A DNA stretch of 64,000 nt from an uncultured Flavobacterium sp. (lineage in GTDB: Bacteria; Bacteroidota; Bacteroidia; Flavobacteriales; Flavobacteriaceae): assembly GCA_963511475.1 (NCBI GenBank), contig CAUPJC010000001.1:184436-248435 (forward strand), written 5' to 3'. Of this stretch, positions 30,132 through 38,406 are shown one piece after another. Under the pieces are notes generated by a model. It did not search any database, had not been told where the DNA came from, and was given only the letters and a program-made list of their open reading frames with translations. Position numbers and translations under genes: made by a program. Numbering within the stretch: the first letter of the stretch is position 1; each line of letters begins with the position of its first letter.

Positions 30132-30875
30132 ATGGATATTAAAAATTATTTAGATTCTACCTATTTGAAAACAAATAGTCAGGCGGGTCTAAGTGAAGTT
30201 GAAAATGAAGCTATTGCTCAGGGATTTATTCAAGAAGCTATAGACGAAGAATTTAAGCTCATAATGATTCGTCCTGAACGGGTTGCTTTGGCCAAAAAAA
30301 TGATTACCGAAGCTAATTCAAAAGTTTTAATCGGAACTGTTATTGATTTTCCGGAAGGAACATCTTCTGTAGAAAAAAAAATAGAGGAAGCTCTTGAATG
30401 CATTAAAAACGGTGCTGATGAGCTGGATTACGTTTGTAATTATGAGGCATTTAAAGCTGGGAAAATTGATTTGGTCAAAAATGAAATTTTAAAAGGAACT
30501 CAGCTGGGGCTTGATAATAATAAAGCCGTAAAATGGATTATTGAAGTTGCTGCACTCAATCATAAACAAATTGCGGATCTAACTGCATTGATTAAAAATG
30601 TGGTTATTACTAATTTTAAACCTGAAGTGTATAGCTCAGTTTTTGTAAAATCATCAACGGGTTTTTATAAAACGGAGAATAATTTACCTAATGGTGCTAC
30701 AGTTTCTTCTGTTAAAATTATGCTTGAAAACGCATCGCCTCTGCCTGTTAAAGCCGCTGGAGGAGTGAGGACTTATGATGAAGCTTTAGAAATGATTGAA
30801 CTTGGAGTAAAACGTATTGGAACATCTGGAGCCAAAGCTATTGCAAACGGTGAAGAAACCTCTTCAAAATATTGA
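30132..30875 (+). CDS. deoC: Deoxyribose-phosphate aldolase
   Basis: TVIDFPEG, GADELD, FVKSSTGF, VKAAGGVR, RIGTS. Confidence 0.93.
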   Translation: MDIKNYLDSTYLKTNSQAGLSEVENEAIAQGFIQEAIDEEFKLIMIRPERVALAKKMITEANSKVLIGTVIDFPEGTSSVEKKIEEALECIKNGADELDYVCNYEAFKAGKIDLVKNEILKGTQLGLDNNKAVKWIIEVAALNHKQIADLTALIKNVVITNFKPEVYSSVFVKSSTGFYKTENNLPNGATVSSVKIMLENASPLPVKAAGGVRTYDEALEMIELGVKRIGTSGAKAIANGEETSSKY

Positions 30876-30891
30876 TTTGATACAAAATAAA

Positions 30892-33006
30892 ATGATTAAA
30901 AAAGCCCTAACTTTTCTTTTAATTTATTCAGCTTTTGCTGTAAATGCACAAACTCCAAATAGTAAAACATCTGAAACTTTGGATGAACGGTTTCCTGTTT
31001 TTTTAAATTGTAAAAATTTAGAAGGAAAAGATTTGGAAAATTGCTTTTTTAACGAAGTACAGCAATTAGCTTATCATAATTTTAAAGTGCCTGAAAAATT
31101 AAAACAGAACCAATATAATGGTACTTTAAGAGTTCTTTTTGAAGTTAGTGACTCTGGGAAGTTTAAGGTGTTATTCGTAACTTCAAATAACGAAGAGCTA
31201 ATTGCAGAAACAAAAAGGGTTTTTGGTAACTTTCCAACTATTGATCCGCCAACTTATAATGGTAATCCAACCTATTCGAAGTTTAATCTAAATATTGCGA
31301 TTCCATTATTATCTCCAGAGGAAATCGCAGCAACAGCTAAAGTCAAAAAGGAAAATATCAATATAAATCAAGGTTTGACAGAATTAGACAGTATTGTTTA
31401 TAAGCGTTTTGATAATCCTCAATTTACTAGTCATTTAAATATTCCTTTTTCTCACAGTTATTATGCTGAATTTGATGAGGAATTGAATAAAGTTGGAAGT
31501 AACAATCATACAGCTTCAAAACCATACACTTATTCGGAGGTTGAAAAATATTATAATTTTAAAAAAGTCAATGCTGGTTTAATGAAGAATAAGACGAGCT
31601 GGTGGGGACGAAAAACGTGGAATGAAAATTTAGCCGAAATTCAAGGTGAAGACTATTGGTTTGCTTTGAATTTTTTATTTAATGTTCAAGGCGGAATTTC
31701 TAACCCGAGTAAAACTGATTACACTTATGTAAATACAAGAGCTCTTAATCTTAAAGGCGGGCTTGGGTCTCGATTGAATTTTACTACAACTTTTTATGAA
31801 AGCCAAGGACGCTTTGCAGATTATTATAATACTTATGCTAATTCTATAAAACCATCTGGAGGAAACCCTGCAATAATTCCAGGAATAGGTACTGCCAAAC
31901 AATTCAAAACCGATTCTTATGATTTTCCTTTAGCCGATGCTAATATTTCATATAATGCCGCCAAGTTTTTGGATCTGCAGCTGGGTTATGGCAAAAATTT
32001 TATCGGTGACGGATATCGTTCTTTGTTTTTAAGTGATGGAGCCAGTCCGTATCCTTTTTTTAAAATTAATGCAAATTTTTGGAAAATCAAATATACAGTT
32101 GATTATGTGTGGCTGAAGGATGTGCGTCCCGAAGTTACAGTAGACAAAACGTATGCTTCAAAATATGCTGTAAATCATTATTTGAGCTGGAATGTGTCTA
32201 ATAGACTGAATTTAGGTTTTTTTGAATCTGTTGTTTGGACAAATACTAATGGAAGAGGTTTTGATGCTAATTTTGTAAATCCAATTGTATTTTATCGTGC
32301 TGTTGAGTTTTCTTCTTCTTCTAAAAGCGGTAATGCTCTTTTGGGATTGACTTCAAAATATAAATGGAATAATCAGGTGAATCTTTATGCGCAGCTTCTT
32401 GTTGATGAGTTTTCTACTGGAGATATTTTTGCCGGAGAAGGAAGTTGGAAGAATAAATTAGGCTATCAATTTGGGGTGAAATATTTCAAAGCTTTTAATG
32501 TTAATGATTTGACATTACAGCTGGAGTTTAATCATGTGCGTCCTTATGTGTATTCGCATAGTGAACCAATTACAAATTATGCACATAACAACCAGAGTTT
32601 GGGTCATCAATGGGGAGGGAATTTTCAGGAATTGGTTTTGTTAGGATATTATAATAAAGACCGTTTTTATGCTAATTCGAAATTCACTATAGGTACCCGC
32701 GGTTTAGATTTTGCAGATTCAGGAGCTAAATCTAATTATGGGGGAAATATTTATAGAGACTATGATGATAATAGATATGCTGACACTGGCGTGAAAGTAG
32801 GGCAGGGAAATAAAACCAGTATTTTTATTGCTGATGTTCAAGTAGGGTATTTGGTAAACCCAGCTACTAATTTCAAGTTTTTTGGTAATTTTTTATTTAG
32901 AAATTTTGACCCGACAACAAATACTGCTACTGTTTTTAAAGAACAGACTACTTGGTTTACTGTTGGATTTAGATCGGATGTGTTTAATTGGTATTTTGAT
33001 TATTAA
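30892..33006 (+). CDS. remB: RemB-like outer membrane protein (TonB-C-like N-terminal domain plus beta-barrel)
   Basis: Signal peptide, FPVFLNC...NCF TonB-C-like domain, barrel-like remainder ending YFDY. Assignment from recollection of Flavobacterium RemB and synteny with sprA. Confidence 0.65.
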   Translation: MIKKALTFLLIYSAFAVNAQTPNSKTSETLDERFPVFLNCKNLEGKDLENCFFNEVQQLAYHNFKVPEKLKQNQYNGTLRVLFEVSDSGKFKVLFVTSNNEELIAETKRVFGNFPTIDPPTYNGNPTYSKFNLNIAIPLLSPEEIAATAKVKKENININQGLTELDSIVYKRFDNPQFTSHLNIPFSHSYYAEFDEELNKVGSNNHTASKPYTYSEVEKYYNFKKVNAGLMKNKTSWWGRKTWNENLAEIQGEDYWFALNFLFNVQGGISNPSKTDYTYVNTRALNLKGGLGSRLNFTTTFYESQGRFADYYNTYANSIKPSGGNPAIIPGIGTAKQFKTDSYDFPLADANISYNAAKFLDLQLGYGKNFIGDGYRSLFLSDGASPYPFFKINANFWKIKYTVDYVWLKDVRPEVTVDKTYASKYAVNHYLSWNVSNRLNLGFFESVVWTNTNGRGFDANFVNPIVFYRAVEFSSSSKSGNALLGLTSKYKWNNQVNLYAQLLVDEFSTGDIFAGEGSWKNKLGYQFGVKYFKAFNVNDLTLQLEFNHVRPYVYSHSEPITNYAHNNQSLGHQWGGNFQELVLLGYYNKDRFYANSKFTIGTRGLDFADSGAKSNYGGNIYRDYDDNRYADTGVKVGQGNKTSIFIADVQVGYLVNPATNFKFFGNFLFRNFDPTTNTATVFKEQTTWFTVGFRSDVFNWYFDY

Positions 33007-33153
33007 TTTTTCATCGGTTAAATATTTTGCTTTTTTGAGTTTGCTTTAACTGTAAATGAAATTAATCATTGCTAATTGTGCCGTAAAAACCGATTAAAAA
33101 AATAACTGTCATTGCAAATGTTTAATTGATACGCCGTTTTTGAATCTAATTTG

Positions 33154-33161
33154 TATATTTG
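33154..33161 (+). promoter_or_regulatory. -7 element of the ctaB-cox3 operon
   Basis: TATATTTG inside the ORF-track N-terminal extension, which supports the later start. Confidence 0.55.
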
Positions 33162-33195
33162 CAGCAGTTTTCAAAATACACCAATTTTATCTGCA

Positions 33196-34098
33196 TTGAG
33201 TACAACATCAAACCCTATTTCGTTCAAATCTGTTTATATTGATTTTAAGGCAATTACAAAAGCTGGTTTAGCTATTAGTGTTGTTTTTTCTTCAATTGCC
33301 GGATATGTTCTTGGTTTTAGCGATACGCATTCTTTTAGCTGGCTAGTTTTATTGAAACTAGCTGTAGGTGGCTATTGTATGGTTGGTGCTTCCAATGCTT
33401 ACAATCAGGTCATAGAAAAAGATTTAGATGCTTTGATGGACCGTACCAAGAATCGTCCTGTTGCATCTGGAAGAATGTCGCCCCGATTGGCACTTCTAGT
33501 AGCAAGCTTGCTTACGGCTTTGGGTGTAGCATTGCTCTACACTATAAATCCAAAATCGGCTATGTTTGGCGCAATTTCGATTTTTTTATATACAAGCATT
33601 TATACACCGCTTAAAACAGTAACACCGCTTTCGGTTTTTGTTGGTGCTTTTCCAGGGGCAATTCCTTTTATGTTAGGCTGGGTAGCTGCTACTAATGAGT
33701 TTGGAATAGAAGCAGGGACTTTGTTTTTAATTCAGTTTTTCTGGCAGTTTCCGCATTTTTGGGCAATCGGCTGGTTTTTGTATGAAGATTATGAAAAAGC
33801 AGGTTTCTTCATGCTGCCTACCGGGAAGAAAGACAAAGGAACTTCACTTCAGATCATTTTATACAGCGTTTGGTTAATTATTGCGTCACTGTTGCCAGCT
33901 TTAGGATACACAGGGCGTTTGTTTCTTTCTCCTGTTGCTGCGCTTTTAGTTTTGCTTCTTGGACTTTGGGTGCTGTTTTATGCAGTACGTCTGTATCAGA
34001 TAAAAACAGCAAAAGCAGCGCGGACATTGATGTTAGTGAGTGTTTCGTACATAACATTATTACAATTAGTATATATAGTAGATAAATTTTTAAGATAA
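33196..34098 (+). CDS. ctaB: Protoheme IX farnesyltransferase (heme o synthase)
   Basis: NQVIEKDLDALMDRTKNRP, YTPLK, WQFPHF, EDY..AG. Probable TTG start at 33196. Confidence 0.94.
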   Translation: MSTTSNPISFKSVYIDFKAITKAGLAISVVFSSIAGYVLGFSDTHSFSWLVLLKLAVGGYCMVGASNAYNQVIEKDLDALMDRTKNRPVASGRMSPRLALLVASLLTALGVALLYTINPKSAMFGAISIFLYTSIYTPLKTVTPLSVFVGAFPGAIPFMLGWVAATNEFGIEAGTLFLIQFFWQFPHFWAIGWFLYEDYEKAGFFMLPTGKKDKGTSLQIILYSVWLIIASLLPALGYTGRLFLSPVAALLVLLLGLWVLFYAVRLYQIKTAKAARTLMLVSVSYITLLQLVYIVDKFLR

Positions 34099-34100
34099 TT

Positions 34101-34688
34101 ATGGAAACGACAATGACAGCCGAAGATTATAAATCAAGAACGGCAAGATCGTATAAACTGATTTTACTGTTCGCTATGGTGAGCATGACAATGATGTTTG
34201 CAGGTCTCACGAGTGCCTATGTGGTAAGTCAGTCAAGAGCAGATTGGCTGAAGGATTTTCAATTACCTTCTGCTTTTTATTTTAGTACTATTGCTATTTT
34301 AGGATGCAGTATTACTTTTCACATGGCTAAAAAAGCGATTCAAAAAGACGATCAAAGCAAGACCTCTTTGTTGCTTTTGACTACGCTGGTTTTAGGGATT
34401 TCTTTTATAGTACTGCAGTTTGTTGGTTTTGGGCAAATAGTAGAAAATGGGTATTATTTCACAGGAAGTGCAAGTTCTATAACTACTACATTTTTGTACA
34501 TTGTAGTAATTATGCATTTACTGCACTTGGCAGGAGGTATGATATCATTGCTGATTATTATTTATAATCATTTTAAACAAAAATATAATTCAACACAAAC
34601 TCTTGGAATAGAACTAGGTGCAATGTATTGGCACTTTCTTGATTTCTTGTGGGTTTATTTATTTTTATTTTTATATTTCTTTAAATAA
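34101..34688 (+). CDS. Cytochrome c oxidase subunit III family protein, copy 1
   Basis: MMFAGLTSAY, HLLH and YWHFLDFLW motifs. Confidence 0.9.
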   Translation: METTMTAEDYKSRTARSYKLILLFAMVSMTMMFAGLTSAYVVSQSRADWLKDFQLPSAFYFSTIAILGCSITFHMAKKAIQKDDQSKTSLLLLTTLVLGISFIVLQFVGFGQIVENGYYFTGSASSITTTFLYIVVIMHLLHLAGGMISLLIIIYNHFKQKYNSTQTLGIELGAMYWHFLDFLWVYLFLFLYFFK

Positions 34689-34698
34689 GAAAAAAACG

Positions 34699-34706
34699 TA
34701 AATTTG
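34699..34706 (+). promoter_or_regulatory. Possible internal -7 element between the two subunit III genes
   Basis: TAAATTTG, 24 nt before the ATG at 34731; no clear -33. Confidence 0.4.
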
Positions 34707-34730
34707 GGAACTTTTTAACGAATAACTTTT

Positions 34731-35705
34731 ATGGGAGCGACAGTTACAACTGCAAATAATGAAAAAACTTGGGGTGGCGGAAATGAGCCAATGGGAGCCA
34801 GTTATGGTAAATTGATGATGTGGTTTTTTATCGTATCAGATGCCTTAACATTTTCTGGATTTTTAGCTGCTTACGGGTTTTCTAGATTTAAATTTATTGA
34901 AACTTGGCCTTTGGCTGATGAGGTGTTTACCCACTTTCCATTTTTACATGGTGTTTCTGCACCTATGTATTATGTGGCATTAATGACTTTTATTTTGATC
35001 TTTTCTTCTGTAACAATGGTTTTGGCTGTTGATGCAGGTCATCAGATGAAAAAAGATAAAGTAGCCCTTTATATGTTTTTAACAATCATTGGAGGTCTTA
35101 TTTTCGTTGGTTCTCAAGCTTGGGAATGGAAAAACTTTATCAAAGGAGAGTATGGTGCTGTTGAAACAACAGGAGGCAGTTTACTGCAGTTTGTTGATAA
35201 AGAAGGACACCGTGTTGCTTTGGCAGATTTTGCTGCTACACTTCCAGTTGAAAGAGAGCAGTTAACCAGAGATAAAGGAAAATGGTTCATGTCAGAATCT
35301 TCTATTCCAGCCTATACTGTAGCTGAGGTTCAAGCTGGTTTCAAAGCACATCCTGAAGTTTTAGTTAGAATTGAAACTATCAATAAGGAAAAGAAAAAAG
35401 TTGTTCTTACTAGAGAAGAATCGTTATTGCGTTTGGATCAGGCTAAATTGGTTATTGAAGGAGCTAACTTAACTCACAATGAATATGGAAGCAAGCTTTT
35501 TGCTGATTTCTTTTTCTTCATTACTGGTTTTCACGGTTTTCACGTATTTTCAGGTATAGTTATCAATATCGTCATCTTTTTTAATGTTCTAGTGGGAACC
35601 TATGAAAAGAGAGGAAGTTACGAAATGGTTGAAAAAGTGGGGCTGTACTGGCACTTTGTTGATTTAGTTTGGGTATTTGTATTCACATTCTTCTATTTAG
35701 TTTAA
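34731..35705 (+). CDS. Cytochrome c oxidase subunit III family protein, copy 2 (with soluble insertion)
   Basis: MMWFFIVSD, TGFHGFHV and YWHFVDLVW. Confidence 0.9.
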   Translation: MGATVTTANNEKTWGGGNEPMGASYGKLMMWFFIVSDALTFSGFLAAYGFSRFKFIETWPLADEVFTHFPFLHGVSAPMYYVALMTFILIFSSVTMVLAVDAGHQMKKDKVALYMFLTIIGGLIFVGSQAWEWKNFIKGEYGAVETTGGSLLQFVDKEGHRVALADFAATLPVEREQLTRDKGKWFMSESSIPAYTVAEVQAGFKAHPEVLVRIETINKEKKKVVLTREESLLRLDQAKLVIEGANLTHNEYGSKLFADFFFFITGFHGFHVFSGIVINIVIFFNVLVGTYEKRGSYEMVEKVGLYWHFVDLVWVFVFTFFYLV

Positions 35706-35723
35706 TTTTAGATTTAATTTATT

Positions 35724-36074
35724 ATGTCACACGAACATGTTTCTAACACAAAAAGAATTTGGACTGTTTTTGGTTTTCTTTCTTTAATCACAATTGTTGA
35801 GGTTGGTTTTGGTATCGTTAAGCCAGACTTTTTATACATGAACAACTTTTTAACAATGAGTTTATTAAACTGGTTATTTATTATACTAACATTAGTTAAA
35901 GCTTACTTAATTGTATGGGCATTTATGCACATGGAAGGAGAAAAAAGCTCATTGAAAAATGCAGTTGTTTGGCCTTTAATATTCCTAGTTTGCTATTTAC
36001 TTTTTATTCTTTTGACTGAGGGAGATTATGTATTTGAGGTTTTTAGAAATTCTACTATAAAATGGAATTTTTAG
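35724..36074 (+). CDS. Cytochrome c oxidase subunit IV family protein
   Basis: Three TM segments, LTLVKAY.IVWAFMHM motif. Confidence 0.8.
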   Translation: MSHEHVSNTKRIWTVFGFLSLITIVEVGFGIVKPDFLYMNNFLTMSLLNWLFIILTLVKAYLIVWAFMHMEGEKSSLKNAVVWPLIFLVCYLLFILLTEGDYVFEVFRNSTIKWNF

Positions 36075-36093
36075 CAAGATATTAATTCAATAT

Positions 36094-36125
36094 AAAAGGT
36101 ATCCGTCTTTGCGGATGCCTTTTTT
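36094..36125 (+). terminator. Intrinsic terminator after subunit IV
   Basis: AAAAGGTATCCGT / GCGGATGCCTTTT with G-U pairs that work on the plus strand, followed by a T run. Confidence 0.85.
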
Positions 36126-36157
36126 TATTTTAATACAATAAATTTTATAATAGTTAA

Positions 36158-36811
36158 ATGAAAAAAAATATTGTTCTTTTTGTGCTGTTTGTATTGCCTA
36201 TTGTAGCTTATCTTTTTTTTGCTTCAGGGGTTAATAGCTTTACTAAATTACCTGTAATTACCTCAAAAATTTCTGATTTTGGAGAATGGAAATCCTTAAA
36301 TGGAGAAAAAGTAACTTTGAATAATAAAATCACAATTCTTGGTTTCTCGGGTACTGAAATTCTTAAAAACAGAGGGAATTATTTCAATTTAAATCAAAAA
36401 ATTTACCAGCGCTATCACGATTTTAACGACTTACAGTTTGTTGTTTTGGCTCCTTTAGGAACCGAAGAGGATGTAAAAGCGGTACTAAGCGCTTTGGGTA
36501 GTTTTACAGACGTGAGCAACTGGCACTTTGTTTTTGCTACTCCTGAAGAAATTAAATTGTTTTATAGTCAGTTAAAACTAAAAGGAAGTCTTAATGCTGA
36601 TTTGGGAACTCCTAATGTTTATATTGTAGATAAAGAAAGAAATTTAAGAGGCAGAAAAGAAGAGAAAGACTACAAAGAGGGCTACAGTACTTTTCATCCA
36701 GCCGAATTAAGTAATGACATGCTTGACGATTTTAAAATTATTCTTTATGAATATCGGGCTGCTTTAAAAAAGAATCATAACGCAACAAAAAGATTAGATG
36801 TTAAAAAATAA
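36158..36811 (+). CDS. Membrane-anchored SCO/thioredoxin-fold protein lacking cysteines
   Basis: One TM segment. Visible similarity to the next SCO gene (NWHFV vs NWNFL; VYIVDKERNLRGR vs FALIDKKGNIRCR) but no Cys. Confidence 0.6.
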   Translation: MKKNIVLFVLFVLPIVAYLFFASGVNSFTKLPVITSKISDFGEWKSLNGEKVTLNNKITILGFSGTEILKNRGNYFNLNQKIYQRYHDFNDLQFVVLAPLGTEEDVKAVLSALGSFTDVSNWHFVFATPEEIKLFYSQLKLKGSLNADLGTPNVYIVDKERNLRGRKEEKDYKEGYSTFHPAELSNDMLDDFKIILYEYRAALKKNHNATKRLDVKK

Positions 36812-37484
36812 ATCTTACATAGGAATTTCTTTTATAATTTTGATTTTTGGAATATATGCTGTTCCAAAAATTGTTGATAGAGTGCAAAATAACGGTATTG
36901 TTCAAGGAGATCGTTTGGATAAAGTAAATAGTGCTGCTCAAGTTAATAAAAAACTGGAAACGATAGGAGCTGCTCCAAAATTCGAACTTGTAAATCACGA
37001 CAACGTAAAAATTTCAAATGAGTTTTACAAAGGAAAAGTTTATGTTTTAGAATTTTTCTTTGCTACCTGTCCGTCGATCTGCCCTAAAATGAATGCTAAT
37101 ATGGTAACGCTGCAGAATGCTTTTTTTGGAAATCCAAATTTTGGCATTGTTTCCATTACAATAGATCCGGCACATGATACTCCAGCTGTTTTAAAAGAGC
37201 ATGCCGAATTGCTGGGTGTTAAATCGGCTAATTGGAATTTCTTGACAGGAGATAAAGAGTACATCTATAATTTATCAAATAAAGGTTTCAATATTTATGT
37301 TGGTGAAAATAGTAAAGTACAGGGCGGTTTTGAACATTCTGGACTTTTTGCTTTGATTGACAAGAAGGGCAACATCAGATGCAGAAAGGATGAATATGGA
37401 AATCCTATTTTGTATTATGATGGTTTAGAGAAAAAAGGAGTTAGAGAAATTCAGCAGGACATTCAGGCTTTGCTGAAAGAATAA
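36798..37484 (+). CDS. SCO family copper chaperone
   Basis: FFATCPSICP (CxxxC), DPAHDTP, and conserved His in FEHSG. Confidence 0.93.
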   Translation: MLKNKSYIGISFIILIFGIYAVPKIVDRVQNNGIVQGDRLDKVNSAAQVNKKLETIGAAPKFELVNHDNVKISNEFYKGKVYVLEFFFATCPSICPKMNANMVTLQNAFFGNPNFGIVSITIDPAHDTPAVLKEHAELLGVKSANWNFLTGDKEYIYNLSNKGFNIYVGENSKVQGGFEHSGLFALIDKKGNIRCRKDEYGNPILYYDGLEKKGVREIQQDIQALLKE

Positions 37485-37506
37485 ATAAAAATAAGATTAG
37501 CAAATA

Positions 37507-38046
37507 ATGGAAAATAATACTGTAGAACAAAAATATAATAAATGGATTGTGCTGTTATCAATTGCAATTCCTGTTGTAGTAGCTGTTCTTTTTAAAGTGA
37601 AGTTAAAAGATTTTGGATTTGATGTTGAACCATTAACGTTTTTGCCTCCTATTTATGCAACGATAAATGGTATAACTGCAATACTTTTGGTTTTGGGAGT
37701 TATTGCGATTAAAAACGGTAATAGAAAACGTCATGAGCTGTTAATGAAGATGGCTATTGGATGTTCTGTCGCTTTTTTGGCAATGTATGTGGCTTATCAT
37801 ATGACTGCTGATTCCACCAAATACGGTGGTGAAGGGGTTTTGAAATATGTGTATTTCTTTATTCTGTTAACACATATTGTTTTATCAATTGCAATAATTC
37901 CATTAGTTTTAATCACTTATGTTCGTGCTTTAGCTGAGAAATTTGATAAGCATAAAAAAATTGCAAAAATTACTTTTCCAATTTGGTTATACGTTGCAGT
38001 AACTGGAGTAATTGTGTACTTAATGATTTCGCCTTATTATGTTTAA
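37507..38046 (+). CDS. DUF420 family membrane protein (CtaM-like)
   Basis: Four TM segments, H..LM, FL.MY..YH, HKKIAK.TFPIWLYV.VTG..VY. Confidence 0.85.
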   Translation: MENNTVEQKYNKWIVLLSIAIPVVVAVLFKVKLKDFGFDVEPLTFLPPIYATINGITAILLVLGVIAIKNGNRKRHELLMKMAIGCSVAFLAMYVAYHMTADSTKYGGEGVLKYVYFFILLTHIVLSIAIIPLVLITYVRALAEKFDKHKKIAKITFPIWLYVAVTGVIVYLMISPYYV

Positions 38047-38290
38047 AAAAGTAAATAACAAGATTCTAGATTCCAAAATAAAGACTGTCTTTTTTGGAAT
38101 TTGTTTTTTCTTTATTGGGATTTCATCCTATGCACAATGCGCCATGTGTCGCGCCGCTTTGTCTGGTGACGAAAATAAAGCTAAAGCGGCGGCTGTAAAT
38201 GATGGAATAGTATATCTTATGGTGATTCCTTATGTACTTGTTGGGGCACTGGGATATTACGTTTATAGAATGAAAAAGAAGAAACAGTAG
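38039..38290 (+). CDS. Small membrane protein with a CAMC motif
   Basis: Signal-like segment, YAQCAMCRAAL, TM helix, basic tail; overlaps the DUF420 stop. Confidence 0.75.
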   Translation: MFKKVNNKILDSKIKTVFFGICFFFIGISSYAQCAMCRAALSGDENKAKAAAVNDGIVYLMVIPYVLVGALGYYVYRMKKKKQ

Positions 38291-38328
38291 GGTTATTACA
38301 ATATCAAAAATCAATTGCAATTTCAATA

Positions 38329-38372
38329 AAAAAAGTCGGTGTCGAATATTATTATTCGACACCGACTTTTTT
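38329..38372. terminator. Bidirectional intrinsic terminator
   Basis: Perfect 20-bp stem AAAAAAGTCGGTGTCGAATA / TATTCGACACCGACTTTTTT with a 4-nt loop between convergent genes. Confidence 0.93.
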
Positions 38373-38406
38373 ATTACTGCCAACTAAAAACTGAAAACTG
38401 CGTACT

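Noticed and set aside
33007-33100. 12/13-bp inverted repeat (TTTTTCATCGGTT / AACCGATTAAAAA) bracketing 68 nt between remB and ctaB
   Set aside because: Half of the match is poly-T/A, the interior does not pair, and there is no target duplication or second copy in the window.
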